64,000 nucleotides of DNA from the NCBI GenBank assembly GCA_046350615.1, contig JAXMAA010000002.1:149204-213203 (forward strand). The letters run 5' to 3'. The stretch is from Candidatus Saccharimonadales bacterium. Its GTDB lineage: Bacteria; Patescibacteriota; Saccharimonadia; Saccharimonadales; UBA7683. Position 1 is the first letter of the stretch. Every line of letters begins with the position of its first letter. A program made the translations under genes and the position numbers. The notes below the pieces were generated by a model. It worked only from the letters and a program-made list of their open reading frames with translations. It had not been told where the DNA came from and made no database searches. This document shows, piece after piece, positions 38,217-49,840 of this stretch.

Positions 38217-39044
38217 TCAAATACGTACGAATGCGCCAATTTGATATGCGCCGAGTAGGCGAATATCTGTGGCATGGTGGGTTAGTTCTGCCATGATCGG
38301 TTTGATATCAGGGCAGGTACAATCAATGTAGTACATGTATTGCCAGGCAGCTCCGATAATCGGGCGGCTCTCAAGTTTCGTAAGATTTGCCTGATGCTCA
38401 GCAAACACGCCAAGTGCGGCATGTAGCGAGCCCGGTGTATCGCTTGTTCGAAAGGTGAGCGAGAACTTATTAGCACTTTTGTTTATTGCTTCTTGCCGTT
38501 GGAGTGCAATAAACCGCGTGTAATTTTGCTGATGTGTTTCAATGTTCCCGGCAATAATTTCAAGGTTGTACTTCTTTGCGGCAGCTTCGCTGGCTATGGC
38601 TGCCTTGCGAGGGTCGTTCCAACTTGCAACTTCTTGTGCGGCAAGTGCAGTATCTTGATGTTCGTGACGTTCAGCACGAGGTAATGTAAGGTCTAAAAAG
38701 GCTTCAGCTTCAGCTAATGCCGGTGCTTGAGAATACACATCAGTAATCTCCTCCAGCTTCGTGCCGGTAATACCAAGCAGTTGTAAGCCAACGTGCTCAT
38801 ATGCCTCGCCACTTATCCAAAATTGATATCTAAGTAATAAATCGTACACCTCGTTGATGGAGCCATAAAGTGAGTTTTCGATAGCTACGACTGCTTGCTC
38901 TACTTGATCGTTCTCTAGTTTCGAAAAGACTTCTTTGAAGTTTTTGCAACATACAAGGTCTGCGCTACTACCAAAGAGCTGATGTGCAGCAAGCGCGTGA
39001 AATGAGGTATCAAGACCTTGAATAGCAATTTTCACATCTGTCAT
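38217..39044 (-). CDS. pheA: prephenate dehydratase
   Basis: IAIQG..SFHALAA, ENSLYGSI, ACT domain TSDTPGSLHAALGVFA..NLTKLESRP. Start set at MTDVKIA. Confidence 0.85.
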   Translation of the reverse strand: MTDVKIAIQGLDTSFHALAAHQLFGSSADLVCCKNFKEVFSKLENDQVEQAVVAIENSLYGSINEVYDLLLRYQFWISGEAYEHVGLQLLGITGTKLEEITDVYSQAPALAEAEAFLDLTLPRAERHEHQDTALAAQEVASWNDPRKAAIASEAAAKKYNLEIIAGNIETHQQNYTRFIALQRQEAINKSANKFSLTFRTSDTPGSLHAALGVFAEHQANLTKLESRPIIGAAWQYMYYIDCTCPDIKPIMAELTHHATDIRLLGAYQIGAFVRI

Positions 39045-39149
39045 GGTAGCACACACCCCACAACAAACAACCATTAAAATAAACAAGATGCTGAATCACA
39101 GATATTAACAGATGATAAGTTGAGATCTTAAAAAACTTATAAAACGCCT

Positions 39150-39686
39150 CTAGTGTTTGTCGAGCGGGAAGCCTAAGAACTCCTTGATTTTATTGAACCG
39201 GTTTCGGTTAGTAGCAAATATACCTAGGCCGATCAGCACAAACACGCTGGCGAATACCCACCATGGCTGATATTCTCCGTCGAGCATCACCAAGAACGGC
39301 GGCCTCAGCTGGCCAGCAAATTTCGGAATTTCTACATGGTACCAACTGAAGAATACGCCGAGGCCAACAAATATAAATGCGCAGACATCAAAAAACGTCA
39401 GCCACTTTGGGGTGAACCGCCAGTAGCGCCGCACCCAAGCCGGAGCATGGTGTAGTACAAACTTCTTAAAACGGTCAGCCCAGTCAAATTCACTGGCCAA
39501 AATTGCCACACCAAGCAGAAAAATTGGAATACCCCCCGGCCCGGGCAATACCCCAGTAAATGGTGATATAACTACTAAAAACAAGCCAAGTACCAACACA
39601 AACGGCTGCCGCACTGTCTTCGGCTGCCGCTTCCACCAGTTGTAGAGATTATCCTTCATCAGTAACCACAAGTATACACTAGACAA
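39150..39686 (-). CDS. PGPGW-family transmembrane protein
   Basis: GVLPGPGGIPIFLLGVAILASEFDWA. Confidence 0.6.
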   Translation of the reverse strand: MSSVYLWLLMKDNLYNWWKRQPKTVRQPFVLVLGLFLVVISPFTGVLPGPGGIPIFLLGVAILASEFDWADRFKKFVLHHAPAWVRRYWRFTPKWLTFFDVCAFIFVGLGVFFSWYHVEIPKFAGQLRPPFLVMLDGEYQPWWVFASVFVLIGLGIFATNRNRFNKIKEFLGFPLDKH

Positions 39687-39737
39687 TCTGTGTGGCGTGA
39701 TCGTATCATTGACGTAAGTGGGTAGAAATGAGGTGCC

Positions 39738-40322
39738 GTGTCAACTGCTTCAGCTGGTGAAGGAATTTACGTTGGTTTTGAGGTAGCCCAAGAGAGGGGG
39801 TTGACCCAGTTTGTTAAGGGTATACCAAGGACTATCGGGGAGCCCGAAGACTTTCGAACACTCAGTATAACAGGTATGTACCCTGAAGAGTTGGCAGAGC
39901 GAGGCCTGGGGCGTCACGAGCGTCGACGACTAACCCCGTTAGTGAGGCACATACAAAGACGCATTTCGCACCTAGCTATAGTGGGCTCTACGGTCGAGCC
40001 CAATCAAGATGAGCTTGTAGCTCATAAAAAATTTGCTGCAATAGCTATAGATCCTAGCGAAGAAATGGTTGATGCGAGGGAAGTTATCAGCGGTCTCGTA
40101 TTGGATGAAATTGGTATCAAACTCCCAAATTATAACCCAAGAGGCTGGCATATATCTGTTGCCAGAAGATCAGGGCGAGGTGAAAAGCTGCCTCCTTACA
40201 GGAGGCCGATTCCGCCAAGTATGGTCGTAAGCGGGATTACGGTTGCTATACGTTCGGCAAAGGGAGACATGGCTAATGTGCGAGACTATGTAAACGTTCC
40301 TAGGCACAGGTGGCAAAGATAA
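39738..40322 (+). CDS. hypothetical protein
   Basis: ORF only. A single HISV motif is insufficient to call a 2H phosphoesterase. Confidence 0.45.
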   Translation: MSTASAGEGIYVGFEVAQERGLTQFVKGIPRTIGEPEDFRTLSITGMYPEELAERGLGRHERRRLTPLVRHIQRRISHLAIVGSTVEPNQDELVAHKKFAAIAIDPSEEMVDAREVISGLVLDEIGIKLPNYNPRGWHISVARRSGRGEKLPPYRRPIPPSMVVSGITVAIRSAKGDMANVRDYVNVPRHRWQR

Positions 40323-40339
40323 CGTATAATAACCAGGAT

Positions 40340-43145
40340 ATGTCGGAGTTTATTTCTGTTCGTGGTGCACGGGAGCACAATCTAAAAAATGTTGATGTTG
40401 AGATTCCGCGCGAGAAGTTAGTGGTCATTACTGGGCTTTCTGGATCGGGCAAATCATCTTTGGCGTTCGATACTATTTACGCCGAAGGGCAACGACGTTA
40501 TGTGGAAAGCCTTTCAAGTTACGCACGCCAGTTCTTAGGATTAATGGAAAAGCCGGATGTTGATCAAATTGACGGTCTTTCACCAGCAATTTCAATTGAT
40601 CAAAAATCAACCAGCCGCAATCCGCGCTCCACAGTGGCAACGGTAACAGAAATTTACGATTATCTGCGTTTGTTGTTCGCACGTATTGGTGTGCCGCATT
40701 GTCCCATTGATGGCAACGAGGTGCGACGCTTAACGCCGCAGGCAATTGTTGATGAGGTCCTCACCATGGAGCAAGGTGCGCGCGTGATGATTTTGGCTCC
40801 CATTGTTGCAGCAAGGTCAATTCGAGCACATTCCAGGCGAGTATCAGCGAAGCGGTTTTGCTCGAGCTCGAGTTGACGGTGTTGTATATAGTCTTGATGA
40901 ATGGCCTGAACTTGATAAAAAGTTTAAGCACACAATCGAGATCGTGGTCGATCGTTTAACTAATGATGAGGCAAATCAAGGCCGCTTAGCACAATCAATC
41001 GAACAGGCGCTGGAGATTGGTAGAGAAAGCGTTACTGTGCATAACGCCGACACCAAAGAAGATCGTTTGCTCTCACAGCGCTATGCTTGTCCGGATCACC
41101 CCGATCTTGCTCTACCAGAGCTTGAGCCTCGTATTTTTAGCTTCAATGCGCCACAAGGCGCCTGTCCAACCTGTACAGGTTTAGGATCTCGGCTTGAGGT
41201 TGACCCTGAGCTAGTTATTCCAAATGGTAACCTAACTATTGCCGAAGGCGCAATCCGCCCCTTTAACCGGGTGAACGCAGATGCATGGTATATGAAGAAG
41301 ATGCAAGCTGTGGCAGAGAAGCACGGATTTAGTTTGCAGGTCCCAACAGCTCAGTTGAAACAAGATGATCTTGATAAAATTTTGTATGGAACCGGAAATG
41401 AGAAATACACTATTCAGCTTGGAAGTGGGCGTTATTTCGACACAACTTATGAGGGCGTTATTCCAAACCTTGAGCGTCGCCATAAAGAAACCGATAGTGA
41501 TTTTATGCGGCGAGATATCGAACGCTTTATGCGCGAGCGTCCTTGCAATACTTGTAAAGGCGCTCGTCTCAAACCGGAGGTGCTTGCGGTAACGGTCCAT
41601 GGTTCTTCAATCAAAGACATTACCGATCTTTCAGTGAGCGATGCACTTGCATTGCTTCAAAAGACAAAGTTCACAGAGAAAGAACAGTTTATTGTGGCGC
41701 AGGTGAGTAAAGAGATTATTTCACGCCTAACCTTTCTTAACAACGTAGGCCTGAATTATCTCAACTTAAGTCGAAGTGCTGCCACGCTCTCGGGCGGCGA
41801 GGCACAGCGTATTCGTTTGGCAACCCAAATTGGTTCTGGTTTGCAAGGCGTGCTATACGTGCTTGATGAGCCTTCCATTGGCTTGCATCAACGTGATAAC
41901 GATCGCTTGATTACAACACTCAAGCACCTGAGAGATCTCGGCAATTCAGTGCTGGTAGTTGAGCATGATGAAGATACCATTCGCGCGGCCGATTGGCTCA
42001 TAGATATTGGCCCTGGCGCCGGTGTGCATGGAGGCGCGATCGTAGCGGCCGGAACTCCCAGTGCCGTAGCTAAAAATACAGAGAGTATCACAGGGAGATA
42101 CCTGGCGGGTTCTGAAACAATCGGTGTTCCTCAAAAGCGCCGCAAAGGTAACGGCAGAGAACTGGTTATTAAGGGTGCGGCCGAACATAACCTTCAGAAT
42201 GTGAACGTGAGTATTCCTCTCGGTCAACTAGTGGTGGTAAGCGGAGTCTCCGGCTCAGGTAAATCCAGCCTCATCAACGATATTTTGGCAAAAGAGCTAC
42301 AGGCCAGGTTGCACCGCGCGCATTTGGTGCCGGGCAAACACGAAGAGATTCTTGGTATTGAGCATTTAGACAAAGCTATCATCATCGATCAATCGCCGAT
42401 TGGCCGCACACCTCGCTCTAATCCGGCAACCTATACCGGGGTTTTTACGCCAATTCGCGAATTATTTGCTAACACCCCTGAAGCTAATATTCGTGGTTAT
42501 AAAGCTGGACGCTTTAGCTTTAATGTGAAGGGCGGCCGCTGCGAAAATTGCCAAGGCGACGGCATTATCAAAATTGAGATGCACTTTTTGCCAGATGTTT
42601 ACGTTACGTGCGAGGTTTGCAAAGGCCGCCGCTATAACCGCGAGGCATTGGAAATTACCTATAAAGGTAAAAATATCTCCGATGTGCTGAACATGACAAT
42701 CGAGCAAGCGGTGGAGTTTTTTGAAAACCAACCGAGCATCGCCCGTAAGATGCAAACCCTTAATGATGTCGGTCTTGGCTATGTCAAACTTGGCCAACCC
42801 GCCACAACACTCTCTGGCGGTGAAGCGCAGCGTATTAAGTTGGCTGCTGAGCTTTCTCGTCGTGCTACCGGCAAAACACTGTATATCCTGGATGAGCCAA
42901 CCACTGGTCTGCATTCCGCGGATGTCAAAAAACTGCTCGAGGTTTTGAATGCGCTGGTAGATACCGGCAACTCCATGGTCATCATCGAACACAATCTTGA
43001 TGTGATTAAATCAGCCGACTATATTATCGATATGGGTCCAGAAGGCGGTGCTGGCGGTGGTCAAATTATGGCCGAAGGCACGCCAGAGCAAATCGCCAAA
43101 GTCAAAGCTTCCCATACTGGAAAATACTTGACAAGTATGTTATAA
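40340..43145 (+). pseudogene. uvrA: excinuclease ABC subunit A, one frameshift near 40804-40810
   Basis: [27 protein letters not shown] in the first frame. ..[24 protein letters not shown] onward is in the second frame (track ORFs 40310-40876 and 40803-43145). TATAAT at 40325-40330 precedes the ATG at 40340. Confidence 0.9.
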
Positions 43146-43152
43146 TAAAAAA

Positions 43153-43710
43153 ATGAATACAGTAGCATCGAATGAGGCGGGTTATGATCGAAGGCCGAGC
43201 TTTGAGCGGCTCATCGGGTTGCAGGACGCCTTTATAATTGCTCAAATTCGTGTTCAAGCTCCAGATTTATTGCAATGGTACCCTGACTATGAAGCCTATT
43301 TTGATGATTTTCTAGATCAATACGTTTTGGGTGACAACCCACCGTCTGGCATTCCGCTGGAGTGTAGATTTTTTGTAGATACTGGTGAAGAGCGTGCCGA
43401 AGCTGTGCTTTCTGCTCATGATGCCGTCATACATAGTGCAAGATTGATGGGTCTCACTAAAGCGGATAAAAAAAGAAGTTTTGATGAAGCTGTGTTTTCA
43501 TTGGCACGGGATATCCCAGAAGAGTTCTTGGGAGATCCGCTTACGCTAGCTCGTTTGCTCAGCGGGGTGAAGAACCCCTTGGATGGACAAGGAAGGAGTT
43601 ATATGACCATAGCAAAATCTATGGGTTTTGATGTTGAAAGTGACGCAGTACGAAACCACCCATGCTGGCGGCAGGCCACAGCACTTGGTTCAGCTGCGCT
43701 CGCGGGATAG
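43153..43710 (+). CDS. hypothetical protein
   Basis: ORF only. Confidence 0.5.
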   Translation: MNTVASNEAGYDRRPSFERLIGLQDAFIIAQIRVQAPDLLQWYPDYEAYFDDFLDQYVLGDNPPSGIPLECRFFVDTGEERAEAVLSAHDAVIHSARLMGLTKADKKRSFDEAVFSLARDIPEEFLGDPLTLARLLSGVKNPLDGQGRSYMTIAKSMGFDVESDAVRNHPCWRQATALGSAALAG

Positions 43711-43718
43711 TATTACTG

Positions 43719-44372
43719 TTATTCAGAGCGTTTTATAATCGAACGGATTTTTTTGATAGTGAGAGCAGGGAGCTTTTTTACTTTTTGGCGGTTTTCGGCC
43801 TCTTTTAAGAAGTGGTGGAATGCCGGCAGTAAACTAATCAAGACCACTAAAATAATTGCCGGTTCAAGATAGTCTTTGGGGATGAAGTTGCCCAGAAAGT
43901 AGCCCAGATAGGTGATACCCAGTGTCCAAAGTGCTCCTCCAATGACGTTGTAGCTGAGAAAAGTACGGTAGTTCATGCTGCCAAGACCGGCAACAATTGG
44001 TGAAAAGGTCCGTACAATCGGCACAAATCGTGCTAATATGATGGTTTTTTTGCCGTGCTCTTCAAAAAAGGCTTCAGCCTGTGCGATATACTTTTGCTTA
44101 AAGATTTTGCCATCGGGTCTCTTGAGGAGACGTGGCCCAACACGTTTGCCAAATGCATATCCAACACTATCGCCAATTACTGCCGCAATAAAACATGTGC
44201 CTGCCAGAAGATGAACATTTACAAATCCTTGGCTGGCCAAAAACCCGGCCGTAAAGAGGAGGCTATCTCCTGGCAAAAAGAAGCCCACCATCAGACCACT
44301 TTCGGCAAAAATAACTCCCGCTACGACAAAGATGCCAGCGTGAGCAATTTTTTCAGCAGAAATGAATGACAT
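43719..44372 (-). CDS. DedA family membrane protein
   Basis: GLMVGFFLPGDSLLFTAG, ARFVPIVRTFSPIVAG. Confidence 0.85.
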   Translation of the reverse strand: MSFISAEKIAHAGIFVVAGVIFAESGLMVGFFLPGDSLLFTAGFLASQGFVNVHLLAGTCFIAAVIGDSVGYAFGKRVGPRLLKRPDGKIFKQKYIAQAEAFFEEHGKKTIILARFVPIVRTFSPIVAGLGSMNYRTFLSYNVIGGALWTLGITYLGYFLGNFIPKDYLEPAIILVVLISLLPAFHHFLKEAENRQKVKKLPALTIKKIRSIIKRSE

Positions 44373-44453
44373 TAAGTCCGAGTATATCAGTTTTCTTGCT
44401 TCAAAGATATCTGTTATAATAAAGGCACCGAAAAGCAGAGGAGTTTGAATTAC

Positions 44454-45173
44454 ATGAGTCAGGATGTCCAGTTACAGTCAGAAAAAAGGGAAAGTCTTGG
44501 TAAAAAGGCCGCTGCAAAGCTTCGCGCCGAAGGCAGCGTGCCGGCTGTTATCCAAGAACACGGTAAAGAATCAACGAGCCTTCTTGTTGAGGGTGGTGCG
44601 CTACTTAAGGCATATCAACAGGCGGGCATGAGCCAGGCGATTGATCTTACGGTTGGGGGCGCCAAAAAGCTGGCCTTAATTAAAGAGATTGAATTTGTAC
44701 CGCTGAAGAATGAGGTGCAGCATGTTGTTTTCCAGGCGCTAAAGGCTGATGAGCCCGTTGACGCAGAAGTGCCGGTGCATATTGTTGGTGAAATTCCTGC
44801 GGAAACAAACCGATTAGTGTTACTTAAAACGCTTGATACACTTGAAGTACGAGCTTTACCAAAAGATCTGCCCGAGGCATTAGAGGTTTCTGGTGAGAGC
44901 CTGGTAGAAATTGATGACCGCTTAACGGTAGGAGATATCAAATTGCCAGCAGGAGTTGAGCTAGTTGAAATTTTGGCTACCGAAGATGATGAAGAAAAGC
45001 GTGAAGAATTTTTGAGCCAGCCGATTGTGCTTGTAAAAGATGCGACGGTTGTTGAGTCTGATGAAGGAACCGAGCTTGCAGAAGGCGAGTCTGAAGCCGA
45101 TGCAGTAGAGGCTGAAAACGGTGGCGCAACAGATAAGTCTGAAGATGCTCTCAAAGAAGATTCAGCCGAATAA
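44454..45173 (+). CDS. rplY: 50S ribosomal protein L25/general stress protein Ctc with acidic C-terminal tail
   Basis: RESLGKKAAAKLRAEGSVPAVI. GAGGAG lies 10 nt upstream of the ATG at 44454. Confidence 0.85.
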   Translation: MSQDVQLQSEKRESLGKKAAAKLRAEGSVPAVIQEHGKESTSLLVEGGALLKAYQQAGMSQAIDLTVGGAKKLALIKEIEFVPLKNEVQHVVFQALKADEPVDAEVPVHIVGEIPAETNRLVLLKTLDTLEVRALPKDLPEALEVSGESLVEIDDRLTVGDIKLPAGVELVEILATEDDEEKREEFLSQPIVLVKDATVVESDEGTELAEGESEADAVEAENGGATDKSEDALKEDSAE

Positions 45174-45175
45174 TG

Positions 45176-45691
45176 CTAACGAACAAATAACCCTAAAAGT
45201 AGACCCATCCCAATTATAATAAGCGGATTTACCTTCTTGTTTACGGCAATTGCCGCTCCTACTGCAATAAGTGCATAGAGCAAAGAGAGTTCATTTGCCG
45301 CTAGTATCTTAATGCCAATTGCTACTAACAGGCCGGCTGAGGCAACGCCAACTGTATGTACAAAATGCTGAATAACGGGCTTGTTTATCCACTTCTTCAG
45401 ATATCTACCACTTAGTATGGCGAGCGTCACAGGCATAGTGTAAATGGCAAAAGTGCTCAACCAAACCACCGACCAATAGACCGACTTGCCGTAACCAATA
45501 AAGGTAGCCGGGCTAAAAGCCTGTGGTCCCGGGCTGGCAAAACCAAAGCCAAGGTAGCTCACGTAATCTTGATTTGTAATCCAATGCAGCTGCGTAACAC
45601 CAATCTCATAAAATAAACCTTGAGCACTACCCGAGTAGCTGGTGAGGCTTATGATTCCGATGTGGACTAATATTGCAAGAAGATCAACCAT
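45176..45691 (-). CDS. chrA: chromate transporter (CHR) family protein, C-terminal-type half
   Basis: ASPGPQAFSPATFIGY; multi-TM. Confidence 0.75.
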   Translation of the reverse strand: MVDLLAILVHIGIISLTSYSGSAQGLFYEIGVTQLHWITNQDYVSYLGFGFASPGPQAFSPATFIGYGKSVYWSVVWLSTFAIYTMPVTLAILSGRYLKKWINKPVIQHFVHTVGVASAGLLVAIGIKILAANELSLLYALIAVGAAIAVNKKVNPLIIIGMGLLLGLFVR

Positions 45692-46250
45692 GAGTTGCCC
45701 GACTCTTAATCAGAAAAGCTATAATGCCAGCTATGCCAAACCCAAAAATTATACCTAGTGTTGGTACATAGCCTAGATAGTACAAGATGCCAGCGACTAC
45801 TGCGACTAGCCACAAAATTGGAGTGCTAATATAACGCCGAGCAATTTTGTATCCATTCCCAATAATAATGCCGCCGACTGCCGCTTGAACACCAATTGTA
45901 TAGCTACCTATATTAGTTTTGGCAAAATAATGAAAGTAGATAAAACAAAAAATCAGAGTCAATACTAAAGATGGGAGAAGATAACAAAAAGTTGCGAGTA
46001 CAGACCCAAAAACACCTTTTAGAAAGTAGCTTGTTTGTGCGGCAACAATTACTTGCGCCGGTCCCGGAAGTGCCTGCCCGGCCGCCATCGCAGTCTGAAG
46101 CTGCTCTTCACTCAATAGACCCCGCTTCTTCGAAAGTTCTTGTTCAACAAGCAGATATGTGGTTGACCACCCACCATACGCCTGTGCTCCAAGTTTAAGA
46201 TATAGCTGGCACAGCTGCCCTCGGCTGATATCCGCACGTTGTTTAGTCAC
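45684..46250 (-). CDS. chrA: chromate transporter (CHR) family protein, N-terminal-type half
   Basis: LKLGAQAYGGWSTTYLLVEQE, GQALPGPAQV. Confidence 0.75.
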   Translation of the reverse strand: MTKQRADISRGQLCQLYLKLGAQAYGGWSTTYLLVEQELSKKRGLLSEEQLQTAMAAGQALPGPAQVIVAAQTSYFLKGVFGSVLATFCYLLPSLVLTLIFCFIYFHYFAKTNIGSYTIGVQAAVGGIIIGNGYKIARRYISTPILWLVAVVAGILYYLGYVPTLGIIFGFGIAGIIAFLIKSRATHG

Positions 46251-48072
46251 GATAGCCCTCGGCTTGCTTACTAAACAGGTTGTGATATATGCCCGATTTG
46301 TTCTTCATTAAAGTTGTATGGTTGCCTTGCTCTAAAATTTTTCCTTGATCCAGAACTACAATTCTATCAGCTCGGCGTACGGTACTGAAGCGGTGACTGA
46401 CGATAATAGCAGATCGTGATTTGTAGGTGTCAAAAATTGAGTTGAAAATTTTATACTCCGCAGCGGCATCAATTGCCGAGGTTGGCTCATCTAAAATTAC
46501 CACACCAGCATCACGATAAAATGCACGAGCGAGCGCAACTCGTTGCCATTGACCGCCGCTTGGTTCGATGCCTTTTTTAAAACTTGCATCTAAAACTGTG
46601 TCATAGCCATGTTTGTATTTTTTGGTCAAAGTATCAACGCCACCAAATTGTGCAGCCTGATTGCGCAGTGAAGTGCTTGGTTTTTTCTTTGATCTGCCAA
46701 TAGTTATGTTCTCACCGACAGAAAACGGGTATTGGTTGAAATCTTGAAACAGCGTTGCAAGCTTTTCGTACCAGCTTTCAATCGCCACCTCTTTTAGATC
46801 TACACCATCTATCAAAATTCGCCCGCTAGTTGGGTGGTAGAAGCGTAACAGCAACTTAATGAGAGTACTTTTGCCTGCACCGTTTTCACCAACAATTGCG
46901 ACATGTTCACCACTTGTTATTTTCAAGTCGAGATTTTTAAAAACAGACTCAGCCTGACCTGGGTATGCAAAAGATACATTCTCAAAGATGATTTCCGGGC
47001 TAGAGGAAGTGATTTTAATACTGGGCTGCTTGTCGGTAATGTTTGGTTTTTTATCAACTAATTCAAAATAACTACCAGCAAATAACAAGCTTTCTTGCAT
47101 TCCCGAGAGTGTGCCCAATATTGCATTCAGTGCTCCGCCAATTCTGAGGAGCGCGCCAGAAAGAAAGAAGTATCTCTCGAGCGATATAGTATGCGATAGA
47201 AATTGTCTGAGCAGCACAACCGATCCAATGGTAGTACCAACAACCTCAATAATTTTAGTTGGCACCAATAATCTGCTGGCGTGACGATACTGTGCTTCTT
47301 GTTCTTTATAGAATATGCTGTTGAGGCTCTTAATTTTTCCGAGCAGAAAATCAGTGGCCTGTGTAGCTCGTGCTTCAAGTTGCCCCTTTGCATTACGGAG
47401 TATCCAATCAATGCCCCAGAATACATGTCTTTCATCTCCCTTGGCATCCCAAACGAACCAAAGCATCTTGGCCATACGACTTTCAGCTACAAGTGTTGGG
47501 AGTAGGAATATTGCAATAAGCGGCACTATCCACCAGGTTATTTGCGCTACCAGTATGGTGATTGCTAGGAATCGCAAAATTCCATACAGAAGATCTAAAT
47601 TCATGCCAGAAAGGTTGGCGATTTGCCAGGTATAGCCACTACTTACCTTATTGATAGTATTTCGCATTTCTTTATCGTAGAAGTCTCCGAGGTCGATTTT
47701 GCACAGCGTTCTCATGTATGCATCGGTCGACCAGCGAACGAACGCAAAGTATACCAATCGTTTCCCATAGCTCATCAGCAAAAACCCTAAGCCCGTGAAG
47801 ATGGTTGCGATGGCGTCAATAAATAGCCAGAGCCAAATGTCACTTGCGTGGCCGGATGTAGCAAACTCAGCCAATTTTGCACCCAGCCGGGCAGTTGCAA
47901 AAATTGCAGTTAAAAAGCTGGCTATTTCTAAAAAAGCACCAGCCATAAAGAACATAGCCCCAAGCGGCCGAATCCTTAGTGAAATCTTGTGCATGCGGAG
48001 ACTTAGTCGCAAGTTTTGAGAAAAGCCGAGTTTTGTTTGTGATTCCTCAGTGTCAGGCATGTCGTTACTCAT
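46243..48072 (-). CDS. ABC transporter permease/ATP-binding protein (type I exporter half)
   Basis: GENGAGKST, PSGGQWQRVALAR, VILDEPTS. Confidence 0.9.
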   Translation of the reverse strand: MSNDMPDTEESQTKLGFSQNLRLSLRMHKISLRIRPLGAMFFMAGAFLEIASFLTAIFATARLGAKLAEFATSGHASDIWLWLFIDAIATIFTGLGFLLMSYGKRLVYFAFVRWSTDAYMRTLCKIDLGDFYDKEMRNTINKVSSGYTWQIANLSGMNLDLLYGILRFLAITILVAQITWWIVPLIAIFLLPTLVAESRMAKMLWFVWDAKGDERHVFWGIDWILRNAKGQLEARATQATDFLLGKIKSLNSIFYKEQEAQYRHASRLLVPTKIIEVVGTTIGSVVLLRQFLSHTISLERYFFLSGALLRIGGALNAILGTLSGMQESLLFAGSYFELVDKKPNITDKQPSIKITSSSPEIIFENVSFAYPGQAESVFKNLDLKITSGEHVAIVGENGAGKSTLIKLLLRFYHPTSGRILIDGVDLKEVAIESWYEKLATLFQDFNQYPFSVGENITIGRSKKKPSTSLRNQAAQFGGVDTLTKKYKHGYDTVLDASFKKGIEPSGGQWQRVALARAFYRDAGVVILDEPTSAIDAAAEYKIFNSIFDTYKSRSAIIVSHRFSTVRRADRIVVLDQGKILEQGNHTTLMKNKSGIYHNLFSKQAEGYRD

Positions 48073-49840
48073 CTAAAAATCCTCCCGATTGATGTGCCCA
48101 GAGTTTGGCATACGTACCTTTTTTCTCCAGCAACTCTCGGTGCGAACCTTCCTCAACGATCTTGCCTTTATCCAGCACAATAATCCTATCCATCTTCTGG
48201 ATAGTCGAAAGACGGTGAGCAATTACGATTGCCGTACGTCCTTCCATTAATTTCCAAAGTGCATCTTGAATGAGCGCTTCACTCTCGCTATCAAGCGCAG
48301 ATGTCGCCTCATCAAGCAGTAAAATTGGCGCATCTTTGAGCATAGCTCGTGCAATGGCTACGCGCTGTTTTTGGCCGCCACTTAATTTAACACCGCGTTC
48401 TCCAACTAGTGTTTTATAACCTTCAGGAAGTTCGCCGATAAACTCATCTGCGTGTGCTAAGCGAGCAGCTTTTTGCACTTCTTCGTGCGAAGCATCAGGC
48501 TTGCCATAGGCTATATTTTCGGCGAGACTGCGATGAAACAAAAGCGGTTCTTGTGGCACGTATGCAATATGTTTGCGCAATGATTGCTGAGATAGTGTGC
48601 TGATATCAATGCCGCCGATACGAATTGACCCGCTGTTTATATCCATAAAGCGCAGCAACAGCTTGGTTATAGTTGTTTTGCCTCCGCCACTCATCCCGAT
48701 TAGGCCTATGCGTTCGCCTGGCTTAATGTGAAGGTTAAGGTTTTTGAAAAGGGGTGCTTTTTCTTGGTCGTGGGCAAACGTAACATCTTCAAACTCAACA
48801 GATGAATCCTGAAAAACAGTTCTTGTGACGTTTTTATGATCAAGAACTTGTGGTGTAATTGCAAGGATATCTGCCATGTCATGGGCATCACCAAATACAC
48901 GAGTGAATGTTCGGAATGTATTATTGAGATCCCATAATCTGCGCATGATTGCTATAGTAAAGTTAAGTGCGAGATAAATAACGCCAACCTCGATTGCGCC
49001 GTTCAGGGCAAGCACGATCGAGATAATGATCACCGCAATATTAATACTGCGCTGCAAACCGCCCGTTATCAACTCCTGCCACATGGTTAGTTTCATGGTT
49101 TTGATTGATTGGTCAAAAACCGCATCTACTTTTTGGGCCATTCTTGCTCGTTCACGATCTTCGCCAGAGAAGGATTTTACGGCAAGAATATTTGATATTG
49201 AGTCTGCAAGCTGACCCGTACGTTCGGTTTCTGCCGCCGCCCATTTTTTATTGTATGGTACAAGCTTCCTTCTGTAATACCACGTAATTGGTATATACAC
49301 TGCGCTAATAATAATGATGGCAACTGAGACCAAAGGTGCTTTTGGTGCTAAAATAACGGTAGTAGCTATCACCGAGACAATCAGCTTGAATACGTTCCAC
49401 GTTAAGGCATCGGTTAGCCTCTCGTATGAACCGACAAATTTGTTCACCTGGTTAACTAGTGAGCCTGCGAAGCGATCGTTAAAGAACCCGGTACTCATTT
49501 TCTGGAGATGATCAAAAGATGACAAAGCCAAGTCACGCATAATGCTCTCTTGTGTGCGCCAAAAAATAGGGATAATAACGCGGTTCCATAAAAGATGCCC
49601 AAAGACTTCACAAATAACTGCACCAAAAAGAATAAATGCAATGTTACTTTCTCGTAAGCCAGCAATATCACCACTGGCAAGCTTGGTGATGACAAAACTG
49701 ATAATAAGTGGTTGAGCAAAATCTTCTACCAGTTGCGCGACAATCATTAATGGGTAAATAGTCCCGATTTGTTTTTTATAGGGTTTGGTATGTCGCCAAT
49801 AATGGCCGATTATTTCTTTTGCGTTGCTGAATGATTGCAT
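48065..49840 (-). CDS. ABC transporter permease/ATP-binding protein (type I exporter half)
   Basis: GMSGGGKTT, LSGGQKQRVAIAR, LLLDEATS. Confidence 0.9.
   Translation of the reverse strand: MQSFSNAKEIIGHYWRHTKPYKKQIGTIYPLMIVAQLVEDFAQPLIISFVITKLASGDIAGLRESNIAFILFGAVICEVFGHLLWNRVIIPIFWRTQESIMRDLALSSFDHLQKMSTGFFNDRFAGSLVNQVNKFVGSYERLTDALTWNVFKLIVSVIATTVILAPKAPLVSVAIIIISAVYIPITWYYRRKLVPYNKKWAAAETERTGQLADSISNILAVKSFSGEDRERARMAQKVDAVFDQSIKTMKLTMWQELITGGLQRSINIAVIIISIVLALNGAIEVGVIYLALNFTIAIMRRLWDLNNTFRTFTRVFGDAHDMADILAITPQVLDHKNVTRTVFQDSSVEFEDVTFAHDQEKAPLFKNLNLHIKPGERIGLIGMSGGGKTTITKLLLRFMDINSGSIRIGGIDISTLSQQSLRKHIAYVPQEPLLFHRSLAENIAYGKPDASHEEVQKAARLAHADEFIGELPEGYKTLVGERGVKLSGGQKQRVAIARAMLKDAPILLLDEATSALDSESEALIQDALWKLMEGRTAIVIAHRLSTIQKMDRIIVLDKGKIVEEGSHRELLEKKGTYAKLWAHQSGGFLDE

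Noticed and set aside
45176-46250. Split chrA as a pseudogene.
   Set aside because: The two halves correspond to the two CHR-domain types and overlap by an 8-nt start/stop junction. Paired short-chain CHR genes are a known arrangement.
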